27,881 bases of DNA from a virus (lineage: Duplodnaviria > Caudoviricetes). The stretch lies in the IMG/VR virus record IMGVR_UViG_3300020043_001619, positions 1 through 27,881 of that record, one strand, 5' to 3'. Below the pieces are notes generated by a model. It was not told the DNA's origin, ran no database searches, and saw only the letters and a program-made list of their open reading frames with translations. Positions 18,069 through 26,665 of this stretch are shown here, one piece after another. Within the stretch, counting starts at the first letter, position 1, and every line of letters starts with the position of its first letter. The position numbers were made by a program, and so were the translations under genes.

Positions 18069-19241
18069 ATGGCAGAAATCACAACTTCGCAAATCGGTAA
18101 TGGTACTACAGCCTACGGAAGCGACATCGTTGTTAAGGACTTGGATCTTGATGTATCCAACCGCGTTAAAGATGACACACCTGTTTTAAACATGGCTATG
18201 TCAAAGAAGCGTAAAGTAAACAGCACTTTACCTTTATGGACAGACGATATCTATCGTGCTCCAGCAGTTCAAGCCCAAGTTGAAGGTGCTACCGTTGCTA
18301 CTTCTCAAGCAGAAAGCAATCAGCGTTATAACTTAGGCAACTACACACAGATCTTCTCCACAGTTATTGCCGCTTCTGGCACAGCTCGTGCAGTTATGCA
18401 ATCTGGTGGTGATCCTCAAGCATATCAAGAAGTCAAGCAATTGATTGAATTGATGTTTGACGTTGAACTACAATTAGTTCGTAATGACCAAATCGGTACT
18501 AAGTATGCTGGCCAAACAGGCACAGCATCTGGCTTACCAAGTGGTCAAACTGGTCGTCGTATGGGTTCATTGAACTCTTTCGCAGGCACACAATCCTTCA
18601 ATACTACAAGTGGCACAACAAGTGGTTTAGATTCTTTCTACAACAACGAATCTACTGACTCTGCTGTTCAAGCTTCTAACGCATTGCAGATTTACGCTAA
18701 CGGTAGCCAATACTACAGCGGCACATTCACTAACCAATACTTCAGCCCAGCTTTATACAAGCAGTTGGTAACGGTTGCTGAACAGCGTTATAACGCTAAG
18801 ATCCGCACGGTAGTTGCTCCAACAAGCATCCGCACTTCAATCAGCGATAACATGCCACAATCACGTGGTATCAACCGTGTTGATAGTGCTCGTGGCGACA
18901 CAATCCAAACTTATGAAGGCGACTTCAACTACACATACGAAATCTTTGATTCTTGGATTATGGATCAAGTAAATGCTAACGCAATTTACTTCTTGAACGA
19001 AGACGTAGTTCAGTGGGGTTCTTTACGTGATTTGGGTCCAAACAACGAAGTGTTCTCGAACGCTGACGCAAGTTTAGATCAGTTCATCATGGAAGGTACA
19101 TTGATTGTTCGTAACCCAGCAGGTGTTGCTGTTCTAAACAACATCACAGCAGGCACAACAGCACAAGCTTCTTTACCAGGTGCTCGCCCAGCGGCATTGG
19201 TAAGTCGTGTAAACTTAGGTGCAGGCGACGTTACTCCTTAA
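18069..19241 (+). CDS. Major capsid protein (SU10/DUF5309-like)
   Basis: DTPVL...WTDD, NYTQIF...SGT, YQEVKQLIELMFDVE and EGTLIVRNP motifs. Strong RBS, followed by a terminator. Confidence 0.9.
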   Translation: MAEITTSQIGNGTTAYGSDIVVKDLDLDVSNRVKDDTPVLNMAMSKKRKVNSTLPLWTDDIYRAPAVQAQVEGATVATSQAESNQRYNLGNYTQIFSTVIAASGTARAVMQSGGDPQAYQEVKQLIELMFDVELQLVRNDQIGTKYAGQTGTASGLPSGQTGRRMGSLNSFAGTQSFNTTSGTTSGLDSFYNNESTDSAVQASNALQIYANGSQYYSGTFTNQYFSPALYKQLVTVAEQRYNAKIRTVVAPTSIRTSISDNMPQSRGINRVDSARGDTIQTYEGDFNYTYEIFDSWIMDQVNANAIYFLNEDVVQWGSLRDLGPNNEVFSNADASLDQFIMEGTLIVRNPAGVAVLNNITAGTTAQASLPGARPAALVSRVNLGAGDVTP

Positions 19242-19267
19242 TCTGTAAAGAAGTTAAATGTAGCAAT

Positions 19268-19291
19268 GAAAGGGCTCGCAAGAGCCCTTTC
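19268..19291 (+). terminator. Rho-independent terminator after the capsid gene
   Basis: GAAAGGGCTC-GCAA-GAGCCCTTTC perfect stem with a short U-tract. Confidence 0.75.
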
Positions 19292-19300
19292 CTATTGACG

Positions 19301-19307
19301 CTAAATA
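19301..19307 (+). promoter_or_regulatory. CTAAATA promoter, predicted leaderless transcript
   Basis: Directly after the terminator, with ATG at 19313 lying 6 nt downstream. Confidence 0.75.
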
Positions 19308-19312
19308 ACTAT

Positions 19313-19897
19313 ATGAGTGATTACAACCAACCTGAATATTTAGATAACAGCGACCCAGAAAAGAACTGGGACTACTACCGCCAAGACCACGGCGGTATGA
19401 TTACAAACCATAATGGATTAGCAGATAAACTGCTACAAAACGATGACCTTTATCGCAGTATGAAAGGTGATTGGACACGCACAGCATGGAACAAAGGTAA
19501 TAACATTAAAGTAACTACTGGTCGCGAAGATGGCAAGTTCTACATCAAACGCGAACAGATGAACACTGAAGAGGTTAAAAACCGTGTAAAGAACTATAGA
19601 CATGCCGCTGAACTTGGTATTCCTGATCCACTAGCACCACTAAGTGATGATGGCAAGTTAGCATTCAAATGGATGGAACTACCAAGTGTTATCAGTATCC
19701 GCATTAGCGATCAATACTTTGATGGCATTCCTTGGTCAGCATTAAAAAACGATAGAACACTCAAGGCACAATTCTATCGTGTAGTAGAAACTGAATACCC
19801 TGAGTATGTTTGCTACCCAGGCGGTAAACTGCCTATTCCAGTTAGCGTGCCATACCCAACGAAAAAGGGTGAGCAGAAATATTTTAGAGGAAACTAA
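19313..19897 (+). CDS. Hypothetical protein in the head-tail module
   Basis: ATG at 19313 is preferred over TTG at 19295. Abuts the adaptor gene. Confidence 0.75.
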   Translation: MSDYNQPEYLDNSDPEKNWDYYRQDHGGMITNHNGLADKLLQNDDLYRSMKGDWTRTAWNKGNNIKVTTGREDGKFYIKREQMNTEEVKNRVKNYRHAAELGIPDPLAPLSDDGKLAFKWMELPSVISIRISDQYFDGIPWSALKNDRTLKAQFYRVVETEYPEYVCYPGGKLPIPVSVPYPTKKGEQKYFRGN

Positions 19898-21106
19898 ATG
19901 TTTATTATTCCAACAGGTGATGATCTTGTCGAGTTCATCAAAGACTTCACAGGTAGCACAAACGACACAGAAATAAAACAATGTATCTTTATGGCAGAAA
20001 TGTCAATGAGAAACATTGAACTGCCAGCACTACGATCAGATCCATATGCGATTGAAAACATTGGTGTAGCAGATGCTAATGGTCGTATCCCTATTCCAGG
20101 CGATATGAACAAGCCTATTTTGTTCTTCAAACAAGGACAGCAAGTTACAACAACGGCAACTGCCACAGGCACAAGTGGTCAAACTTCAATCACACTAACT
20201 TCTATTCCCGCACAAGCATTACAAGTGAATATGGTTGTAAGCGGCACTGGCATTGCTACAGGAGCACAGATTATCAACATTGTGGGTGCTGGTGGTGTTG
20301 GAACCGTTATTACATTAAATGCCGCAAACACAGGAACGGTTAGTGGCACACTAACATTCTCTACAACAGGCAACCAAGCAAGTCAAACAGGTCCTTGGAT
20401 TGTATATGACCGTATTGGTGATAGAGATATTATTACGCAGTCAATGATTGCCCAGTTATACTTGCAACCAGTAAACGTGCCAGCAGTTATTCGTGGTAAG
20501 TTTTCTGAAGTTTATAACAAGTATCAGTTCTTACCATATGTTGCTGAAGGCGACTTGATCAACATGTATTACTACAAAGCGTGGCCTTTGTTGTTTGCTC
20601 CTGTTACAGATGAAGTTGTTTCCGCAACTGGTTCAGTAAGCACAATCACAGGAACAGGTCCTTGGACATTTACCGTAGGTGGTATGACCACGGTAGGTGA
20701 TTTGGAAGTTGGTGATGAGATTTACGCAACAGATGGTGTTGGTAGTTTTGGCACAGGTGGCACAACGGTTGTCGCAAGCATTATCAACGGCACAAGCATT
20801 ACAGCAACTACAACAGGTGGCACGGGTCCAGATGGTGGTAGCGTAACAGGTATCACACAAACAGGACTAACCGTTCAGAACAACGCAGTCTTACAAACTT
20901 GGCCAGAAGGCTATGTGTATGCTACATTGCGTGAGTATTATATCAAACGCCACAATGACACTGATGCCGCAGTTTATCAGCAAAAGTTTATGGATGCGTG
21001 GAATGTAGTTGAAGATCAAAACAACCTTGGTAAATGGTCAGGCGGGCATACTCGTTTAACCAGTGTATGGCAACCAAGACAATATCGCCAATACAACATC
21101 AAATAA
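19898..21106 (+). CDS. Head-tail adaptor (tail tubular A-like) with two inserted beta-rich domains
   Basis: Helical adaptor-type N-terminus (LVEFIKDF...CIFMAE) and C-terminus (NAVLQTWPEGYVYATLRE) interrupted by T/G-rich blocks. Position after the capsid gene. Confidence 0.65.
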   Translation: MFIIPTGDDLVEFIKDFTGSTNDTEIKQCIFMAEMSMRNIELPALRSDPYAIENIGVADANGRIPIPGDMNKPILFFKQGQQVTTTATATGTSGQTSITLTSIPAQALQVNMVVSGTGIATGAQIINIVGAGGVGTVITLNAANTGTVSGTLTFSTTGNQASQTGPWIVYDRIGDRDIITQSMIAQLYLQPVNVPAVIRGKFSEVYNKYQFLPYVAEGDLINMYYYKAWPLLFAPVTDEVVSATGSVSTITGTGPWTFTVGGMTTVGDLEVGDEIYATDGVGSFGTGGTTVVASIINGTSITATTTGGTGPDGGSVTGITQTGLTVQNNAVLQTWPEGYVYATLREYYIKRHNDTDAAVYQQKFMDAWNVVEDQNNLGKWSGGHTRLTSVWQPRQYRQYNIK

Positions 21107-21118
21107 GGATCACGAATA

Positions 21119-22084
21119 ATGACAAGTAGTTCAAGTTTATACGGCACACCTCCAAATCAAGACGTTAGTTCAACTAACTCTACAAGTTTGTATGGCGGTG
21201 CTGATACTCCTATTCCAGATAGCAGTGGTAATGTAGTAGTTCGCGGAGACTTGTATGTCTTGTCAGGCAACATCCTTACTACAGCTACTACTGGCAACAT
21301 CTTCCCTGCCAACGCAACAACTATCAACTTGGGTCTTGCGGCAACAACGGTCAATATTGGTGCTGGCACAGGCACCACTACAATCAACAACGATTTAGTA
21401 ATCAATGGCACATTTACAGCACCAGATGCCGAGTTTGGCAATATCACAATCGCTGTAGCAGATGACAACACAATCAGCACAACTACTGGCAACTTAAAAC
21501 TACAAAGTGCTACAGGTGATTTAGAATTTGCGGCTGATACTGGTTTATTATATCCAGAAGCAAACAATCGTTTAAATCGTCCTTATGTTCAAAGCACAAG
21601 CGGACTAAGCAGTGGCTTCCGTGTTATTGCTCCAAGCACCAGCAGTGGAGTCAGTTCAACTTTAAGTGTTGGCAACTCAAGCGATTCATTAAACACTACA
21701 TTCTTATCACTACTGGCTGGTGATTTTGCCACAGATCCATTACGTATTACAAGTGGCACATACACAAGTGGCACATTTGGTGCAAGTGGTGAAAGCATCG
21801 CTATTAGAGATGGTGCTACAACATACGCTACATTAAATCCAGCAGGTCCTACTATTGGTACTGACTTGACAACAAAGACATACGTTGATGCTCAAGTAAG
21901 TAGCGGCGTTACAAGTATCACTGGAACTGCCAATCAAGTTATTGCAAGTAGTCCAACTGGTGCAGTTACGCTGAGCCTACCACAAAGTATTGCTACAACA
22001 AGCAGTCCTACATTTGGTGGTGCTACATTAGGTAATGTTACCGTAGGTCTTACTTTTGATAATACCATCGACACTAACTGGTGA
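21119..22084 (+). CDS. Tail fibre protein, N-terminal part (frameshifted)
   Basis: T/S/G-rich with DLTTKTYVD and VTSITGTANQ fibre motifs. Ends in the middle of a repeat. Confidence 0.75.
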   Translation: MTSSSSLYGTPPNQDVSSTNSTSLYGGADTPIPDSSGNVVVRGDLYVLSGNILTTATTGNIFPANATTINLGLAATTVNIGAGTGTTTINNDLVINGTFTAPDAEFGNITIAVADDNTISTTTGNLKLQSATGDLEFAADTGLLYPEANNRLNRPYVQSTSGLSSGFRVIAPSTSSGVSSTLSVGNSSDSLNTTFLSLLAGDFATDPLRITSGTYTSGTFGASGESIAIRDGATTYATLNPAGPTIGTDLTTKTYVDAQVSSGVTSITGTANQVIASSPTGAVTLSLPQSIATTSSPTFGGATLGNVTVGLTFDNTIDTNW

Positions 22085-25000
22085 TTTATATCTAAGCAGT
22101 GATAGTAGTGATATTGGTCTAATCAGCGTAGATCAACTATACACGGATCAAGCTTCTTTCTTGTTATTGACAAGCCCAACTACCGTTGGAGCATTTACTG
22201 GTGCTACATCACTTGTTATGGGTGCTACAACAGGTGTTAGCACAATCCGCAATGATTTAACTATAGAAGGCAACGACTTAAACTTAGCACAAAGCACAGC
22301 AATCAACTATAGTGAAAACAATGACCGTGCTAATAGACCAGAAGTAAAATCAACAACTGGCAATAGTTCTGGCTTCCGTGTATTATCGCCTAACTCTACT
22401 ACAAGTGCTAACGCTAACTTGACCGTGTTTGGTAGCGATGACATCAACAACGGCGAGTTTATGAGCATTCAAGCAAGCGGTAGCACAACTGCTCCGTTTA
22501 CGATTAGAACAGGCAAATATACTGCTGGTGTATTAGGTGCGTCTGGTGAAGAAATCAACTTCATTGATAATGCTACAACATACGCAAGTATCAATCCAGC
22601 AGGTCCTACAAACTCAACAGACTTGACAACCAAAGCTTATGTTGATGCACTTCCAGCAAACATCACATACACTATCGACGCAAGCACTACTACTGGTGGT
22701 GCTAACTTTAACTTGGTTGGTTCAGATAGCACAACAGATACGGTAAAGTTCGCAAGTGGCACAAACGTAACCGTAAGCAGAACAGATGCTAACACAATCA
22801 CTATTGCGGCAACAGATACAAATACAACTTACGACTATAACGCAACATCCACAACAGGTGGTGCTAACTTAAACTTGGTAGGCAGTGATTCAACCACTGA
22901 CACCGTTAAACTAAGCAACGGCACAGGCGTAACCGTTAGCCAAGTAAGCGGCACAGAAGTAAGTGTTGCTATTGGTCAAGCAGTTGGCACAAGTGATGAC
23001 GTTCAGTTTAATAGTGTAAGAACTCCAACAATCAACGCCAATGGCGGTGTAAGTTTCGTTGATACCAATGTTGGTGGTAGCACATACGCTACGGTAAATC
23101 CATTTGGTCCAACAAACTCCACAGACCTTACAACGGTTTTCTATGTCAATAGTATCTTACCAACTGTGGTAACATACACACAAGATGTAAGTTCTACAAC
23201 TGGTGGTGCTAACTTAAACTTAGTAGGTTCAAACTCTACTACAGATAGCGTCAAGTTCGCTGGCGGCACAAACGTTAGTGTGGTAGCAACCGATGCTAAC
23301 ACAATCACAATTAGTTCAACTGATACAAACACAACATACACGCAAGATGTAAGTTCTACAACAGGTGGTGCCAACTTAAACTTAGTTGGATCAGATTCCA
23401 CTACAGATAGCGTCAAGTTCGCTGGCGGCACAAACGTTAGTGTGGTAGCCACAGATGCCAGTACGATGACCATCAACGCTACAGATACAAATACAACTTA
23501 CGACTTTGCGGCGAGTTCAACCACTGGTGGTGCTAACTTAAATCTAACAGGTAGTGATAGCACGACAGATACGGTTAAACTAACAAACGGTGGTGGTATT
23601 ACAGCCACATATACTTCTGCTACTGAAGTTACGTTAGGCAGCACGGCTACAAGTGCTAACACAGCAAGTGCTATTGTTGCTCGTGATGCGTCAGGCAACT
23701 TTAGTGCAGGCACAATCACAGCCAATTTGGCCAACGGTTCGCGTGTGTTGGGCTCACTGACTGCTACACCAAGCACAACTTACACATTCCCTGCACCAGC
23801 ACTGACAAGCATCACAGACAACAACGGTATTGATGCGGTTTCGAGTTATAATAACAGCTCATCAAGTCTTGGCAACGGTGCTCAAGGTCAGTTCACGCAC
23901 TACTTTGGTGATACATTTGCTGGTCCTAATACTGCTCCAGTGTTCTCATTGAGAAGTGCAAACGGCAACAGCGAACTAACTGGCACTATCCCATTTACTG
24001 GTTTAAGTCCTGTGGCTCCATCAGCGGTGACTTCAACAAACATTCTGGGTGGTTTAAACTTCAACGGTTATGCTACCACAGGCTTTACTGAATACATTGC
24101 TACACAAAACCAAGGTGGTGGCTTTACTGCTGTTCACGCAGGTCAGATCCAGTTTGCTCCTGCTGAAACATTTGCTGATGGCACTTTAACAATCAGCGGT
24201 GCTACTATCACAGCAGTAAGTCGTGTAAACGTGGCACAGACCGTCACATCAGTATCAGGCACAAGAGGCCAACTCACTATCCCAAGCACATTAGCAGGCG
24301 TGGGCACAGCAGTGGTTGTCACAGGCACGCTAACAGGAACAGCAACTGGTATCAGTGCAGGGACGTATTACATTGTTGCCAACAACGGTGGTGCTGGCAA
24401 CTCAACAAGCATCACATTAAGTGCTACGGTTGGCGGAGCTCCTATCACAACTACTGCGGGAACTACAACTGGTCTAACATTTACACGTCAGTTGATCACG
24501 GTAACATATTCCGCACAAAGTTATATTCCGTTCGGGACAAACGCTAAGATTGCTGTCAGTGGCTTTACCAACGTAAGCACAGGCACATTCATGGTAGTGG
24601 GTGCTCCAACTACAACCAGTGTCACTATTGGTGCCACATCAAGTGGTGTGCCAGCATTGAGTGGTAGCCAGAGTTTGAGCCTGCCAACCGTGACAGCAGG
24701 TGCGGCCACATTCCGTGTTCGTGGCTTCCCAGCCGCAACACCACTCAACAACCAAAACCGCGTGGATATTATCAACGCCAGTGCGGCAGCGGCCACATTC
24801 CGTAGCAACACATACACATTCAACACAGGTGCTTATGGCAACACTGGTGTAGGCGTTACTGGCAACAACATCAGTTATAACCGCGTGTATGGTCAGTTTG
24901 CTTACAGCACTACAATCACTCCAGGTGCGGCCAATACTGCGGCAGCGTTTCCATTAGGAACAGCAGATGTCAGCAACATTGCTACGGTTGGTAGCACTTC

Positions 25001-25331
25001 AAGATTGATTCCTGGTGCGGCAGGTGCATACAACATGCAGTTTAGTGTGCAGGTTGATAACGCAGACAACGGCAACGACCATATTGCTTATATTTGGTTG
25101 CGTAAGAACGGCACAGATGTTACTAACTCAATGGGTCAGGTTACTGTAGTTAAAGGTGCGGCCACTATTGCAAGTTGGAATTACTTGATCAGTTCAGCCA
25201 ACACCACAGACTATTGGGAGTTGATGTATGCTGTAAGTGATACCAACATCACATTCCCAACTTTTGCGGCCACAGCATTTGGTCCAAGCACAGCAACAAT
25301 TATTACAACACTAACACCAGTAGGTGCATAA
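22056..25331 (+). CDS. Tail fibre protein, C-terminal part
   Basis: TTG start without RBS. 54-aa repeats, ANTASAIVARDASGNFSAGTITA fibre motif and a C1q-like beta C-terminus (GAYNMQFSVQ...IWLRKNG). Confidence 0.8.
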   Translation: MIIPSTLTGDLYLSSDSSDIGLISVDQLYTDQASFLLLTSPTTVGAFTGATSLVMGATTGVSTIRNDLTIEGNDLNLAQSTAINYSENNDRANRPEVKSTTGNSSGFRVLSPNSTTSANANLTVFGSDDINNGEFMSIQASGSTTAPFTIRTGKYTAGVLGASGEEINFIDNATTYASINPAGPTNSTDLTTKAYVDALPANITYTIDASTTTGGANFNLVGSDSTTDTVKFASGTNVTVSRTDANTITIAATDTNTTYDYNATSTTGGANLNLVGSDSTTDTVKLSNGTGVTVSQVSGTEVSVAIGQAVGTSDDVQFNSVRTPTINANGGVSFVDTNVGGSTYATVNPFGPTNSTDLTTVFYVNSILPTVVTYTQDVSSTTGGANLNLVGSNSTTDSVKFAGGTNVSVVATDANTITISSTDTNTTYTQDVSSTTGGANLNLVGSDSTTDSVKFAGGTNVSVVATDASTMTINATDTNTTYDFAASSTTGGANLNLTGSDSTTDTVKLTNGGGITATYTSATEVTLGSTATSANTASAIVARDASGNFSAGTITANLANGSRVLGSLTATPSTTYTFPAPALTSITDNNGIDAVSSYNNSSSSLGNGAQGQFTHYFGDTFAGPNTAPVFSLRSANGNSELTGTIPFTGLSPVAPSAVTSTNILGGLNFNGYATTGFTEYIATQNQGGGFTAVHAGQIQFAPAETFADGTLTISGATITAVSRVNVAQTVTSVSGTRGQLTIPSTLAGVGTAVVVTGTLTGTATGISAGTYYIVANNGGAGNSTSITLSATVGGAPITTTAGTTTGLTFTRQLITVTYSAQSYIPFGTNAKIAVSGFTNVSTGTFMVVGAPTTTSVTIGATSSGVPALSGSQSLSLPTVTAGAATFRVRGFPAATPLNNQNRVDIINASAAAATFRSNTYTFNTGAYGNTGVGVTGNNISYNRVYGQFAYSTTITPGAANTAAAFPLGTADVSNIATVGSTSRLIPGAAGAYNMQFSVQVDNADNGNDHIAYIWLRKNGTDVTNSMGQVTVVKGAATIASWNYLISSANTTDYWELMYAVSDTNITFPTFAATAFGPSTATIITTLTPVGA
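22664..23640 (+). repeat. Five ~54-aa (162-bp) repeats STTGGANLNLVGSDSTTDTVK in the tail fibre
   Basis: Visible in the translation. Copies at 23171 and 23333 are near-identical in DNA. Confidence 0.9.
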
Positions 25332-25516
25332 TGGAATTTACATTAAAGCAACTATCCTGGATTGTTATAGGTAGCCTGGGCATTGGTGGCACAGGCTATC
25401 TATCTATGAATGAAAAGATTGATGCACTGGACAAGAAGATTGCTGTGATACACGTCAACAGCGATCACCAAAGCAAAAGTTTGGAACGCATTGAACAGAA
25501 ACTAACAGCCAAGTAA
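25331..25516 (+). CDS. Small membrane protein with coiled coil, holin-like
   Basis: One hydrophobic helix (LSWIVIGSLGIGGTGYL) followed by heptad repeats. TAATG coupling. Confidence 0.55.
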   Translation: MEFTLKQLSWIVIGSLGIGGTGYLSMNEKIDALDKKIAVIHVNSDHQSKSLERIEQKLTAK

Positions 25517-25523
25517 AAACCTG

Positions 25524-25530
25524 CTACATA
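25524..25530 (+). promoter_or_regulatory. CTACATA variant promoter, predicted leaderless transcript
   Basis: One mismatch to CTAAATA, ATG at 25536 lies 6 nt downstream, no RBS. Confidence 0.55.
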
Positions 25531-25535
25531 GTAGT

Positions 25536-26201
25536 ATGAACGAATCGTTAGTAGCAAATAAGTGGTATCCACAATATACTGGGCCAGGCAGAAGTTATAG
25601 AAGTATCTATCCCACTCCGCAGTCTATCTTGCGTAGGGCGGTAGGAGCAGAGGAATATAAATTCGTGTGTGAAACGGTATCCACAGAACATATTAGAGCC
25701 GCAGTCATTATGCCATTAGATGTGCCTTTCCAGCACTTGTTGTCTGGCGAGCCTTGGGGCATGAGTTATCGTGATGCAGAATGGCGTATGATTATAGTCA
25801 GTACATTAGATCCACTACGCTGGATTGAACTGGCACGTGCGTCAGGTGCTATTGCTTGGATGAAAGGCCACACACAAACTTACACATACAACTGGGAACC
25901 ACCTCCACTTGATCAACACAAGTTAAAGATTCGACCACATAACGCACTTGGCATTACAGGTGCTAATATGGGTAAGAAGACTTTGGAAACAGGACGCAAG
26001 GTGCGTAAGGATCGTGGTGCTCCAAAAAAGTATAACCCAGAAGAACTACTGGCTGATTTAACTTTAGGACATATGAGCCACAATGAACTTGCTGCCAAAT
26101 ATAGAGTAAGTCGCCTTACTATTTTTAACTTTGCCAAACGAAATGGCTTTACACAACGACAACCACATCATGGCCAGACGCTCACCCAAAATTATTCTTA
26201 G
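25536..26201 (+). CDS. Hypothetical protein with C-terminal helix-turn-helix
   Basis: Basic RKVRKDRGAPKK then SHNELAAKYRVSRLTIFNFAK HTH pattern. Confidence 0.7.
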   Translation: MNESLVANKWYPQYTGPGRSYRSIYPTPQSILRRAVGAEEYKFVCETVSTEHIRAAVIMPLDVPFQHLLSGEPWGMSYRDAEWRMIIVSTLDPLRWIELARASGAIAWMKGHTQTYTYNWEPPPLDQHKLKIRPHNALGITGANMGKKTLETGRKVRKDRGAPKKYNPEELLADLTLGHMSHNELAAKYRVSRLTIFNFAKRNGFTQRQPHHGQTLTQNYS

Positions 26202-26460
26202 ATCCGTTGAAGATGATATGCGTGCCGTGGAGGTGTGTGATGCTTACGCCGTATACGCGGTCTGCTACAAAGGACGACCTATAAAGGTAAGGACCTTTCA
26301 AAATATTGAGGTTCCTTACCCTGGTCCTAAATATCTTAAAAGCAGTTTTCCTGAACCTGGCCATGCGTTTAACCTCGCTGATAAGTTGAATGAGCAGTTT
26401 GATACCACTGACTTTAGTGTAGTTATGATGACTACGGGTAGAACCATACGCGAAAATTAG
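26170..26460 (+). CDS. Conserved-looking hypothetical phage protein (YPGPKY...SF-EPGHAFNLA-KLN)
   Basis: ATG at 26170 is in frame with the ORF-track 26131 TTG. 96 aa. Confidence 0.75.
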   Translation: MARRSPKIILRSVEDDMRAVEVCDAYAVYAVCYKGRPIKVRTFQNIEVPYPGPKYLKSSFPEPGHAFNLADKLNEQFDTTDFSVVMMTTGRTIREN

Positions 26461-26519
26461 TGTTTATACTACCTCCAGCACCCTATGTAGCTGGTCAGGC
26501 ATAAAACAGGCGATTTAGC

Positions 26520-26547
26520 AAAAAGCACCTTTTTAGGTGCTTTTTTT
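26520..26547. terminator. Bidirectional rho-independent terminator
   Basis: AAAAAGCACCT-TTTT-AGGTGCTTTTTTT. Confidence 0.85.
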
Positions 26548-26550
26548 ATA

Positions 26551-26580
26551 GCATAGCGGTGCCGCTATGTGTGTTTTTTT
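26551..26580 (+). terminator. Second, tandem terminator-like hairpin
   Basis: GCATAGCG-GTGC-CGCTATGT followed by GTG and T7. Confidence 0.6.
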
Positions 26581-26622
26581 AAAGTGGTTTTAAAATCAAA
26601 GATTATTTGGTTATCTCCCCTG

Positions 26623-26651
26623 TTGATTTGAGCAACGGCGGTAAGTATAAT
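26623..26651 (+). promoter_or_regulatory. Sigma70-type promoter
   Basis: TTGATT (26623-26628), 17-nt spacer, perfect TATAAT (26646-26651). Confidence 0.75.
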
Positions 26652-26653
26652 AG

Positions 26654-26660
26654 CTAAATA
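26654..26660 (+). promoter_or_regulatory. CTAAATA promoter directly downstream of the sigma70 -10 box
   Basis: Exact motif. Predicted +1 at 26666 is the first base of a hairpin. Confidence 0.65.
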
Positions 26661-26665
26661 AAGTT

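Noticed and set aside
11207-19900. CTAAATG at 11207 and 19894 as additional promoters
   Set aside because: The last position mismatches and both overlap an ATG start or stop-start junction, which explains them.
23171-23494. Near-identical 162-bp repeats as a possible DGR template/variable repeat pair
   Set aside because: They are tandem and in frame, the differences are mostly synonymous and not adenine-specific, and no reverse transcriptase gene is in the window.
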